From: Deinococcales bacterium
GTDB lineage: Bacteria; Deinococcota; Deinococci; Deinococcales; JAAFIG01
Length of the DNA: 64,000 nucleotides
Assembly (NCBI GenBank): GCA_025359505.1
Contig: JANYHH010000028.1
Location: forward strand, 66,134-130,133
Reading direction: 5' to 3'
The first letter of the stretch is position 1, and the number at the start of each line of letters is the position of its first letter. Position numbers and translations under genes: made by a program. The notes under the pieces were generated by a model. The model was not told the origin of the DNA. It searched no databases and worked only from the letters and a program-made list of their open reading frames with translations. This document shows, in pieces, positions 1 to 8,625 of the stretch.

Positions 1-329
1 GCTTCGGCGGCGGGCTGACGTGGCGTTTGGCGACCGCCATGAGCGACCTGCGAGCGGCCGTGCCGTTCTACGGCCCATCGCCAGACATCGCAGCCGTCCC
101 CAACATCAAAGCGGCTGTGCTCGGCATTTACGGCGGGTTGGACGCCCGCATCAACGCGGGCATTCCGATGCTCGAGGAAGCCTTGAAAAAAGCTGGCACG
201 AAATACGCCATTAAAATTTACGACGGCGCGAACCACGCGTTCAACAACGATACGGGCGCGAATTACAAGAAAGACGCGGCAGATGACGCGTGGAAGCTGA
301 CGCTCGAGTGGTTCAAGAGCAACCTGTAA
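1..329 (+). CDS. dienelactone hydrolase family protein, C-terminal fragment (5' end outside window)
   Basis: The reading frame is open to the window edge. The C-terminus ...LGIYGGLDARI...YDGANHAFNND...AADDAWKLTLEWFKSNL is typical of DLH-fold hydrolases. Stop at 327-329, followed by a long hairpin. Confidence 0.7.
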   Translation, partial: FGGGLTWRLATAMSDLRAAVPFYGPSPDIAAVPNIKAAVLGIYGGLDARINAGIPMLEEALKKAGTKYAIKIYDGANHAFNNDTGANYKKDAADDAWKLTLEWFKSNL

Positions 330-334
330 AGGCA

Positions 335-400
335 GGCGAAGGGCAAAGTGCGAAGGGAACGGCTGGTTTTCCTTTCGCACTTTGCCTTTTGCCTTTCGCC
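335..400 (+). terminator. long imperfect hairpin after the hydrolase gene, built from the GGCGAAGGGCAAAG motif
   Basis: The left arm ggcgaagggcaaagtgcgaaggg (335-357) pairs with the right arm cctttcgcactttgccttttgcctttcgcc (371-400). There is no clear T-run, so the terminator role is inferred. Confidence 0.45.
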
Positions 401-422
401 CGCTCGAGGTAAACTGCACCCT

Positions 423-1505
423 ATGACGCTGACGCTCGAGAAACCGTCCCCGCTGCACGCTCGAGGTTTGATTCACCGTTGGCGCGACCGCCTGCCCGTC
501 ACGGACGCCACGCCGATCATCAGTCTGGGCGAAGGGGACACGCCGCTGGTGGAACTGCGCGGGCCGCCCGAGGCGAGGGAGCGCGGCATCAAGGTTTACG
601 CCAAGTACGACGGCGCGAACCCCACGGGCAGCTTCAAGGATCGCGGCATGACGATGGCCGTTTCTAAAGCGCTCGAGGGTGGCGCGACCGCCATTGCCTG
701 CGCCAGCACGGGAAATACCAGCGCGGCGGCCGCCGCCTACGCGTCGAGGGCGGGCGTGGAGTGCATCATCGTCTTGCCCGCTGGGTACGTCGCGGCTGGC
801 AAGATCGCGCAGACGATCCTGATGGGCGCGAAGATTGTTCAGATCGAGGGCAATTTCGACGATGCGCTCAGATTGGTGCGCGAGATGTGCGACTCGAGTC
901 CAGTAGCGCTCGTCAACTCCGTCAATCCATACCGCATCGAGGGTCAGAAAACCATCGCCTTTGAAATCTGCGACGAACTCGGCAGCGCCCCCGAGTACCA
1001 CGCCCTGCCGGTCGGCAACGCGGGCAACATCACCGCGCACTGGCAGGGCTATACGGAACTCTTCAACGACGGCACAACCTCGAGCCGCCCGAAAATCTTG
1101 GGGTTTCAAGCCGCTGGCGCAGCGCCGATCGTGCTCGGTCACGCCGTAGAAAAACCCGAGACGATTGCCACGGCGATTCGCATTGGCAACCCCGCGTCGT
1201 GGTGCTACGCGCTGATCGCAAGGGACGAGAGCAACGGAGTCATAGAGTCCGTGACCGACAATGAAATTCTCACCGCGTACCAATTTTTAGCCCGCGAAGG
1301 CTTGTTCTGCGAACCCGCCAGCGCCGCGAGTTTCGCCGGGGCAAGGCGGATGATCCGCGAGGGCAAGATTCCAGACGGCTCGAGGCTCGTGTGTACGCTG
1401 ACGGGGCACGGCTTGAAAGACCCCGGCACGGCCGGGAAATTGGCCAATCTGCCCGATGCCGTGCCAGCCACGCTCGAGGCGGTGATAAAGGCAGCGGGAA
1501 TCTAA
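423..1505 (+). CDS. thrC: threonine synthase
   Basis: Contains the PLP-lysine motif NPTGSFKDRGMT and a GNAGN loop, with full-length similarity to ThrC. I chose the ATG at 423 (MTLTLEK). The upstream part of ORF 348.. overlaps the preceding hairpin. Confidence 0.93.
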   Translation: MTLTLEKPSPLHARGLIHRWRDRLPVTDATPIISLGEGDTPLVELRGPPEARERGIKVYAKYDGANPTGSFKDRGMTMAVSKALEGGATAIACASTGNTSAAAAAYASRAGVECIIVLPAGYVAAGKIAQTILMGAKIVQIEGNFDDALRLVREMCDSSPVALVNSVNPYRIEGQKTIAFEICDELGSAPEYHALPVGNAGNITAHWQGYTELFNDGTTSSRPKILGFQAAGAAPIVLGHAVEKPETIATAIRIGNPASWCYALIARDESNGVIESVTDNEILTAYQFLAREGLFCEPASAASFAGARRMIREGKIPDGSRLVCTLTGHGLKDPGTAGKLANLPDAVPATLEAVIKAAGI

Positions 1506-1510
1506 AAGTA

Positions 1511-1647
1511 CCCCCCCTGCGAAGTAGGGGGGAAAGCCTCGAGCAAACTCGAGCTAGAGGGTCTTGCGGCGCGAGTACGAAACTGAGCGTCGCACGACCC
1601 CCAGCTGTTCCCGAAGGGAACGTGCTACCCCCTACTTCGCAGGGGGG
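1511..1647. mobile_element. MITE/SNR-like 137-bp structured repeat, copy L
   Basis: The termini are ccccccctgcgaagtagggggg and ccccctacttcgcagggggg (terminal inverted repeats, each itself a hairpin). There is an internal GTTCCCgaagGGAAC hairpin. The reverse complement is about 88-90% identical to copy R at 5761-5897. Confidence 0.8.
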
Positions 1648-1701
1648 TAACTCGGGCAGGCTCGAGGCTCGAGCGGCTTTGGTGCGTCTTGTACTGCATT
1701 C

Positions 1702-4700
1702 ATGGACGCGAACGCTGTTCGGCAGGCTTTACAGCAACTCGCGGACACCTTGGGGACGCGCAATCCGACCGAAGACGACGTTGAAAAAGGCTTCGTGGAT
1801 GTCTACCGCGCTCTGGGATACGCGACGGCGGGGCGAGATTACCGTAATAAATCCAGAGATGTCAGCGGCGTGCCAGATGTGATGTTGCACAATTCGGATC
1901 GTTCAATTCAGGTGATCGTCGAGCTAAAAAAGCCGACTGAGAATTTAGAGCAACACGAGAAGCAACTGGCAGACTACCTACTGTCCTTGCGCGAGGCACG
2001 TTGGGGCTTGTTGTCAAACGGTCACACATGGCGGGCGTATCAGCGTGACGGTAAAAGCGTGGATTTGGTCTGGCAAGCGACGTTAGCGGATTTGCAAAGC
2101 GAGCCGCAGCAGCTCGAAATTTTCGAGCGTCAGGTGATCGAGGTCACCAATTACGAGGAAATCGCCGAACGCTTGAACGAAGCCAACCGCGAGGGGTTGA
2201 CGCCGCAAGGTTTGAACGATCTGGCGACCGATGAGTTTCTGTTCACGTTCAGTTTGAAAGAGGGCAGTCCGTTCGCGGCGCTGGTCGGCGCGACGCAGGA
2301 CTTGCTGATTGCGCTCGAGCAGCAAAGCGATTTCGTGCACGGCGCGTATGACTTTTGGAAGAAAGCCTATGCCCGCGAAATTGATTCGGACGACATCCCG
2401 AAGCTTTGGCTGGGCAGTAAACTCAGCATTGTCGCCAGCAAAGAGGGCTTATACCGCTTCTCGTACAGCTTGGAAACGGCTTACACACTGACCGCGCGGC
2501 TGATTCTCGCCAAAGCGATTCAGGACAAAGACGTAACACACGCCGTCACCAAAACCAACCTAGCTGAGCGCTTGCTAGAACACCTCAAAACCAAACGCAA
2601 CTTACGTAATGTGCTTGAGCCAGAAGCGTATCTCGAGGCGACGAACGACCTGTTCGACGATTACGCCCGCACGCTCTTTACGAGCATCTACGCCAAGGAT
2701 ATTTTTGATTGGTGGCGCGATTACGGCGTGGCTGCCGACCAACCGCGCCGTGCGTTCGCTCGGGCCGTGGCGGATTTGGAGATTGCGCTGCTGCGCTTTG
2801 ATTTCCGCACCTTAGAGGGAGACCTGCTCGGGGAAATGTACCAACGCTACTTTGACGCCGATACCCGCAAAGCGCTCGGCGAGTTTTACACCCCGAAAGC
2901 CGTCGTGGACTTTATTCTGGATGAAGTTGGCTACGACGGTGACGGCACACTGCTTGACCCTGCGACAGGCAGCGGCACGTTCATCGTCAGTGCGTTGCGG
3001 CGTTACTTGAAGAAAAACTCGAGCAAAGACCCCGTGCAGACGCTGCGGGGCATCACCGAGCAGTTCAAGCTCGTGGCGTTTGATGTCAACCCCTTTGCCG
3101 TCATCATGGCGCAGATTGGTTTCGCATCGGAATTGCTACCGCTGTACGGCAAAGCGATTGCCACCGATCAAAACTTCGTGCTGCGCCGCCTACCAATTGT
3201 TCGCACAGATTCGCTGCGTAAGGAGATCGTCGAGGGCGAGCAGCAAGCCGAGGACGGTCAGCTCGGGTTCGCGTTCGAGGAGCGCGAGATCAAAGCCAAG
3301 CTCGAGTTACCCGTGAAAATCGGCACGGAGTTTCTGAGTGTCGAAGTCGTCTTCCCGCGTTTGGAGACCGCCAAGATGGATGGCGTGATCGCCAACGTGC
3401 GGCAGTGGCTGCAAGCCTTGCAAGGCGTCTTTGCGGCCGTGGAAGTGCTGTCGCAAGCTAAGGACAGGGGGCAGAAGTTGCCCAAGATCGCCACGGAGTT
3501 AAAGCACCAATTCGCCGCTCAGCACGCCAGCCCCGAAAAATTAGTCGCGTACCTCGAGCCATATGCGAGCGGTGTGTGGAAGACGCTGCTGGACTTAAAA
3601 GAGAACCACGGTGACGGGCGGTTTCTGAAAACCTTAGAGGATTTGATGCTCGGCTTGGTCTTAAAGCACTACATGCGTTACGACTTCGTGGTCGGCAATC
3701 CGCCTTACGTGCGCGTGCAGAACATCCCAGATTTTCAGCGACGTTACTGGGAAAGTAAATACGCGTGGGTAGAGAAGAACTTCGATATTTTCATTCCGTT
3801 CATCGAACGATCCTTGCACGGCGACACCCGCCAAACGGCTGCGGAATCGTGCTGGCTCGAGGAGGGAGGGCGACTGGGCTTCATCGTGCCAAACCGTTTT
3901 ACGAACGTGGAGTACGCCAGTCGCTTCCGTGGAGGATTGCCGCATACCGCCAAGGTCATCAGCATCACGGATTTCAAAGCGGTGAAATTTAAGCCGGTGA
4001 TCGCCAAACCCGCTGAAAGCATCTTCGCGGAAGCCAGCGTTTACCCCGCGATTCTGATTGCCGAGAACACCACGCCCGAGGCCGCGTACACGTTTCGCGC
4101 CGCACGAATGTACCCAGTGGACGCCAGCATCACCCCGACCGACGCGCTGGCGGCGATCAGAAAAGCCAGTCCGACGGGCGCGAATAGCTCGAGACTGCTA
4201 TCAGGCGGTGCGGAGTACGCCGATGTCTTCTTGCAAGACAGTTCGCACTTGCAGGGCAAAGGCTGGTTTTTGATGCCGAGCGACGAACGCGCCGTGTTCG
4301 ATAAACTCGAGGCGATTGCGGGCAGCCACGACAAGGCGTTGCCGATCAGCACGGATCGCACGCGGCGTTTGGAAAACTACACGACGACCTCGAGCGGCGG
4401 GTTTGCAGGAATTCAAACTTCACTCGATGACGTGATGGTTTTGAAGGAACTCGAGCGCGACGACATCAAAGGATTCATCAACGTCTATCCAAAGGGCGGC
4501 ACATCCAAAGACGCCGTGTGGCTCGAGGCGGCAGCGCTGCGACCGTTCGTATTCGGGCGCGACGTACAGCGTTGGAACGTCGGCTGGGAAAACTGGTGGG
4601 TGATCTTCCCGTATTTCCAGCACGAGGGCGCGGTGCTGCTGATGCCCTGCGCGGATTACTGGGATTTTGAGGTGATGACCGGACGCGGCCCGAACGCTAA

Positions 4701-5727
4701 ACCGCGCCGTGTGTTCAATGCCGAAAAGTACCCCGATCCCAGCCCAATGATGAACGAAATGTACCCAAAGCTCTGGGCGTATTTGAAAAAGAACGAAGTC
4801 GCTCTACGCGTTCGAGAAAGCGGCAAGTTCAAAGTTGGCAAACTCGAGGAATGGAAATGGTACGACCTCGCTTATCCACGCAGTCTTGCCGAAGCAGGCT
4901 CATCGAAAATACTCGGGCAGTTGCTCGCGGAAAAAGCCCAGTTTGCTGTAGAAGACGAAGGCGATATTTACTTTCAAGGTGGCGGCAAAGGCGGCGGCGC
5001 ATACGGAATCGCGCTCATCTCGAAACTCGAGAAACACTTCGTCACTGGCTTGCTCAACAGTTACTCGCTCGATTTTCACTTGCGTCAACTCAGCAGCACC
5101 TACGCGGGCGGATTTTACTCTTACGCCGACGCATTCTTGAAAGACTTACCGATTCCAGACGCCTCCAAAAAAGATCAAAACCGCATTGCTAAACTCTCCC
5201 AAACCCTGACCACGCACACGGCATCGGCTCGAGCGCTCGAGAAAGACATCGCTGGCTTCCCCGAGAGCGTTAACGCTCAACGCCGTGCGGCGGGCAACGT
5301 CCCCGATTTAGACAGCTTAGAAAATTTGCTAAGTGGCAGCGGCGGCTTGACCAGCGAACTGAAGTGGCACAGCAAAACCAGCCTGAGCCAAGATCTGATG
5401 GGCGAATGGGTGCTGAGCATCCCACGCGGCAAAAGCGCCACCACTGAACTCAGAGCGGGCAGTCAAACTCTGCTCGAGCTGACCAAAGCGGCATTACTCG
5501 AGCGTGGCAAGATCGGCAGGAGCGACCTTTTGGCGTTGCGCGTCCCTGAAAAAACGGCCGCGCAACGCCAATACTTAGAAACGCTGCAAAACTGGAAAAC
5601 CACGCTCGAGACCACCCGCGCCCAGATTCGCACGCTCGAGAGTCAACTCAACGACATTGTGTACACCGTGTTCAACCTCACCAAAGCCGACCGCAAAGTG
5701 ATTGAAAGCTTCCTCGAGCGATTCTGA
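1702..5727 (+). CDS. Type IIG/IIL restriction-modification enzyme (fused PD-(D/E)XK nuclease, gamma-class N6-adenine methyltransferase and target-recognition region)
   Basis: N-terminal nuclease motif VPDVML...IQVIVELKKP (PD...ExK). SAM motif I LDPATGSGTF (about 2953-2982). Catalytic motif IV VVGNPPYV (about 3688-3711). The C-terminal ...NDIVYTVFNLTKADRKVIESFLERF helix is typical of the Eco57I/TaqII-like family. No separate R, M or S partner genes are present. Confidence 0.88.
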   Translation: MDANAVRQALQQLADTLGTRNPTEDDVEKGFVDVYRALGYATAGRDYRNKSRDVSGVPDVMLHNSDRSIQVIVELKKPTENLEQHEKQLADYLLSLREARWGLLSNGHTWRAYQRDGKSVDLVWQATLADLQSEPQQLEIFERQVIEVTNYEEIAERLNEANREGLTPQGLNDLATDEFLFTFSLKEGSPFAALVGATQDLLIALEQQSDFVHGAYDFWKKAYAREIDSDDIPKLWLGSKLSIVASKEGLYRFSYSLETAYTLTARLILAKAIQDKDVTHAVTKTNLAERLLEHLKTKRNLRNVLEPEAYLEATNDLFDDYARTLFTSIYAKDIFDWWRDYGVAADQPRRAFARAVADLEIALLRFDFRTLEGDLLGEMYQRYFDADTRKALGEFYTPKAVVDFILDEVGYDGDGTLLDPATGSGTFIVSALRRYLKKNSSKDPVQTLRGITEQFKLVAFDVNPFAVIMAQIGFASELLPLYGKAIATDQNFVLRRLPIVRTDSLRKEIVEGEQQAEDGQLGFAFEEREIKAKLELPVKIGTEFLSVEVVFPRLETAKMDGVIANVRQWLQALQGVFAAVEVLSQAKDRGQKLPKIATELKHQFAAQHASPEKLVAYLEPYASGVWKTLLDLKENHGDGRFLKTLEDLMLGLVLKHYMRYDFVVGNPPYVRVQNIPDFQRRYWESKYAWVEKNFDIFIPFIERSLHGDTRQTAAESCWLEEGGRLGFIVPNRFTNVEYASRFRGGLPHTAKVISITDFKAVKFKPVIAKPAESIFAEASVYPAILIAENTTPEAAYTFRAARMYPVDASITPTDALAAIRKASPTGANSSRLLSGGAEYADVFLQDSSHLQGKGWFLMPSDERAVFDKLEAIAGSHDKALPISTDRTRRLENYTTTSSGGFAGIQTSLDDVMVLKELERDDIKGFINVYPKGGTSKDAVWLEAAALRPFVFGRDVQRWNVGWENWWVIFPYFQHEGAVLLMPCADYWDFEVMTGRGPNAKPRRVFNAEKYPDPSPMMNEMYPKLWAYLKKNEVALRVRESGKFKVGKLEEWKWYDLAYPRSLAEAGSSKILGQLLAEKAQFAVEDEGDIYFQGGGKGGGAYGIALISKLEKHFVTGLLNSYSLDFHLRQLSSTYAGGFYSYADAFLKDLPIPDASKKDQNRIAKLSQTLTTHTASARALEKDIAGFPESVNAQRRAAGNVPDLDSLENLLSGSGGLTSELKWHSKTSLSQDLMGEWVLSIPRGKSATTELRAGSQTLLELTKAALLERGKIGRSDLLALRVPEKTAAQRQYLETLQNWKTTLETTRAQIRTLESQLNDIVYTVFNLTKADRKVIESFLERF

Positions 5728-5760
5728 ACTTGACCTCGCTGCGAAGCAGTGAAAAAGTCA

Positions 5761-5897
5761 CCCCCTGCGAAGTAGGGGGTAGCTCGTTCCCTTCGGGAAC
5801 GGCTGGGGGTCGTGCGACGTTCAGTCTCAAACTCTCGTCGCACGACCCCCCTAGCTCGAGCGAAGCTCGAGGCTTTCCCCCCTACTTCGCAGGGGGG
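5761..5897. mobile_element. MITE/SNR-like 137-bp structured repeat, copy R (inverted relative to copy L)
   Basis: Same terminal hairpins as copy L. It contains a perfect 15-bp internal stem (GGGGGTCGTGCGACG ... CGTCGCACGACCCCC), a GTTCCCttcgGGAAC hairpin and a CTCGAGcgaagCTCGAG pair. It ends 7 nt before the DUF559 ATG. Confidence 0.8.
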
Positions 5898-5904
5898 TAC
5901 ATTG

Positions 5905-6303
5905 ATGGCTATGAAGACGTACACTCGCGCCCTCATTCCTCGAGCGCAGCAGATGCGGCGTGAGATGACCAAAGCTGAGGCGCGGCTTTGGTTTGAGGTG
6001 CTGCGTGATTTTGAGCCTCGAGTACGGCGGCAGCGTCCGATTGGTGGGTTCATCGCAGATTTTTACTGCGCGGCTTGCAAGGTCGTGATTGAGGTAGATG
6101 GCGATTCGCACTTTACGCCAGATGGTCTGCATTACGACGCGCAGCGTACGGCGTTACTCGAGGGGCTGGGGTTGCGGGTACTGCGGTTTTCCAACGCGGA
6201 TGTCTTTGAGAATCTGCACGGTGTGACTGTGCAAATCATTGAGGTTTTGCAAAAAGACCAATCGAGCGTATCCACACTCAATCCTCGAGCAGCCCCGCTG
6301 TGA
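5905..6303 (+). CDS. DUF559 endonuclease-domain protein (Vsr-like fold)
   Basis: MTKAEARLWFEVLRD...RRQRPIGGFIADFYCAACKVVIEVDGDSH...DAQRTALLEGLGLRVLRFSNADV matches the DUF559 signature. I chose the ATG at 5905, because the upstream ORF part (5812-5904) merely translates the MITE. Confidence 0.8.
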   Translation: MAMKTYTRALIPRAQQMRREMTKAEARLWFEVLRDFEPRVRRQRPIGGFIADFYCAACKVVIEVDGDSHFTPDGLHYDAQRTALLEGLGLRVLRFSNADVFENLHGVTVQIIEVLQKDQSSVSTLNPRAAPL

Positions 6304-7891
6304 TGCGCCAGACCAACTCTGGCAACTCCCCGAAACTGTACGGCATGTACGCCCGCTCGAGCCACTGGTGGTAATCGCGTCCCCACGGGCCAAGGTTGAT
6401 GCACGGCAGGTTGGCAGGCGGCGCGGTGATCTGCGCGTTCGGCGCGGGCGTGTTGGCGTTGACCACACCAATCTGGGCTGCATCGCCGCGCCCGAACCAG
6501 CTCATATCACTGATGCCCATGAAGTAGCGGCGCTCAGCGATGCTGCTGGGGGCGGTCTCGAGGACTTCGCGCACGACGCGCATCATCTTCGCGTCGCTGG
6601 GGACGGTTTCATCTAAGATCGTGCTGGGGTAATGCAAGGAGCCAAAGCTCAGCACAACGGCTGGCCCCAGTAAGCCTGCCTTGTCCCACAGCCAGTTGAT
6701 GATGGTCAAGGATTGCGTGGCGAGCGCGGTCTGCGCGTCAATGGTCTCGAGGTGCTGGGCGAAATCAACTTCAAAGCCGGGGGCGCTGTTGGCGCGGGCA
6801 GCCTCAAGCAGTTCTGCGTAATTCAGCACCAATCCTGTAGAGCTGTGAGCGGCGGAGTCAAACCGTCCAAGCGCTTCGGCGCGGGTTCGCAACGTCTCCA
6901 ACGCGGCCTCGAGCGCTGATGTTGCCTCGTGGGTGAAATCTGTCAGCACTGCGCTGGCAGATTTGCCGTGCATCGGCGCGTTGAAGCACGCCCACGCTCG
7001 TGCGGGCGTAGTCACGTCGTAATGGGTTTTCAGATCGGTTTGGCGCAAGTTCGTCGGCGGCGTGCCAATCTCCCCTTTCGACTGGTCGGTCAGCCGTGGA
7101 TTGCCCTCGAAATGGTGCGTGATCGCCGAGGCGATAAAATTGGCGTTGATGCCGTCCAATGCGTAGCCCGCGTGGACATCCGCGCCGACGCAGAACGCGC
7201 AGACCAGCAGCTTGCCGACGCTGCCCAAGTAGACCGCTCGCCCGTCCGTGCCATCGCCGCTGTCGCTGGTCGCGTCCAGATTGATCACGCCGACAATCTC
7301 GAGGTCGTGTTTTGCTGCCCACTTCAGCAGTTCTGGTGCGGCAGCCCGTGCGCCGTGCGATTGGTCTTCCTCGTCGGCGACCGCGACGAACAGGATGTTG
7401 CCAACGCGGGTCTCGAGTGCTGCGAATTTGTACAGCGCGACCAGTCCGGCCGCTAAGCCCGCTTTCATGTCCAGCAAGCCGCGACCGGGCAGGAAATCGC
7501 CGCCCTCGAAGTCAGCCAATGCGCGGCGCTCAGGCTCAGTGCGGGCGTTGACACGCAGATCGGCAATCAGGCGCGGCAGCAATGCTTCAGGGTCGAACGC
7601 GTAGTCTTGGTGCGATCCGTAATTGCCCACGCTGACCACATCGAAATGCCCCGTCAGCACCACGGTTTCGCGCCCAGTCCCTCGAGCCAAGGCGTAAACG
7701 TTACTGCGGCGTTGCGGATCGCCTTTGATTTCCCCGACCCAAACCTGATCGGGGTGCGCCGCAAAGTATGTATTTCTCAAAATAATGTCGTGCAACACGC
7801 TCGGAAAGGCGCGTTCGCCATCGGTATTGGTGACGCTCGAGGCTCGCACCATTTCCACGGTCAGCGCCCTCGCCAGCTCAAAATCGGTCAT
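6278..7891 (-). CDS. M20 family metallopeptidase (ArgE/DapE/RocB-like)
   Basis: 537-aa ORF with VVLTGHFDVV and FVAVADEEDQSHGA metal-ligand regions typical of M20. ATG at 7889-7891. Confidence 0.8.
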   Translation of the reverse strand: MTDFELARALTVEMVRASSVTNTDGERAFPSVLHDIILRNTYFAAHPDQVWVGEIKGDPQRRSNVYALARGTGRETVVLTGHFDVVSVGNYGSHQDYAFDPEALLPRLIADLRVNARTEPERRALADFEGGDFLPGRGLLDMKAGLAAGLVALYKFAALETRVGNILFVAVADEEDQSHGARAAAPELLKWAAKHDLEIVGVINLDATSDSGDGTDGRAVYLGSVGKLLVCAFCVGADVHAGYALDGINANFIASAITHHFEGNPRLTDQSKGEIGTPPTNLRQTDLKTHYDVTTPARAWACFNAPMHGKSASAVLTDFTHEATSALEAALETLRTRAEALGRFDSAAHSSTGLVLNYAELLEAARANSAPGFEVDFAQHLETIDAQTALATQSLTIINWLWDKAGLLGPAVVLSFGSLHYPSTILDETVPSDAKMMRVVREVLETAPSSIAERRYFMGISDMSWFGRGDAAQIGVVNANTPAPNAQITAPPANLPCINLGPWGRDYHQWLERAYMPYSFGELPELVWRITAGLLED

Positions 7892-7948
7892 GCGGGTGAG
7901 TCTAGCTCGAGGGGCGGGATTGTCTCGAGTTCAGTGCAGTGGTGACGC

Positions 7949-8392
7949 TCATCGCGTGCCAGCATCGCGCAGCAGGGCGAGCAGTTCGCCCGGCCGGATC
8001 ACGGGGATCGCAATGCCGCTGGGGTGTTGAAACGCTCTCTGGGTGAGCAAATCGTCATCCAAGGACACCAGTGTGTCGGCGTGACTCGAGATCGCCAACG
8101 CCACCAGAAAATCATCATTCCTGTCTCTTGTTACCGCCATGGGATTCGGCTGCTCAGGGTAAATCTCAGTCGCGTGCGCGAAGGCTGAGATGGCGCGGTG
8201 GGGTTGCGGAAGCGCAAATCGCGCACACAACTTGGGTTTTTGCAAACTCGCCAGCAACTCCTCAAATAGCCCTTGCGAAGCGATCACGTCAATCAACGCT
8301 TACTCGTACCACAGTCGCAGGCACTCGCCAGAACCGCCTTTGGGATTAAGCAAACCCGCCACGAAAACGCTGGTGTCCAGCGCGACCCTCAA
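7949..8392 (-). pseudogene. PIN-domain toxin (VapC/TIGR00305-like) interrupted by an in-frame TAA
   Basis: Reading the minus strand from TTG at 8392-8390 gives LRVALDTSVFVAGLLNPKGGSGECLRLWYE, then TAA (8302-8300), then ALIDVIASQGLFEELL...DRNDDFLVALAISSHADTLVSLDDDL in the same frame. The conserved PIN acidic residue (LDTSV) lies upstream of the stop. Confidence 0.7.
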
Positions 8393-8625
8393 CGCGAGGC
8401 TCGAGCAGAAGCGGTTTCCGGCTGAGGCTTTGCGCGTTCGCGGCGCACAGAGCGCACCGTGACCACCGCCAGCCGATCCGCTTCGTCACCTGTCAACTCG
8501 AGGTGCGAGAACGACGCTTGCAGGTCTTTCAAAGCGTTCAACCCGAGGTATTCGCGCAGCGCGGTTTCGATCAACGATTGATCGGTCATGCCTTGCCGCA
8601 CGGCCGCCAAGCGGTAGGCCCGCAC
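8389..8625 (-). CDS. ribbon-helix-helix (CopG/VapB-like) antitoxin, possibly N-terminally compromised
   Basis: ...YRLAAVRQGMTDQSLIETALREYL is RHH-like. The stop TGA overlaps the toxin TTG (TTGA). The expected RHH beta-strand KVTLNLASDV is encoded in-frame upstream of the first usable start (GTG at 8625). There is no ATG, GTG or TTG between it and the upstream TAA (8688-8686). Confidence 0.6.
   Translation of the reverse strand: MRAYRLAAVRQGMTDQSLIETALREYLGLNALKDLQASFSHLELTGDEADRLAVVTVRSVRRERAKPQPETASARASR

Noticed and set aside
1702-5727. Possibility that the 1341-aa methyltransferase is a BREX PglX
   Set aside because: No brxA/B/C, pglZ or brxL genes flank it; the neighbours are thrC and DUF559/M20 peptidase. 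The protein has an N-terminal PD-ExK nuclease motif, which points to a self-contained Type IIG enzyme.
5812-5904. N-terminal extension of the DUF559 ORF (and likewise 348-422 for thrC)
   Set aside because: These extensions simply translate the MITE-like repeat and the terminator hairpin, respectively. Family-typical N-termini begin at the internal ATGs (5905 and 423).
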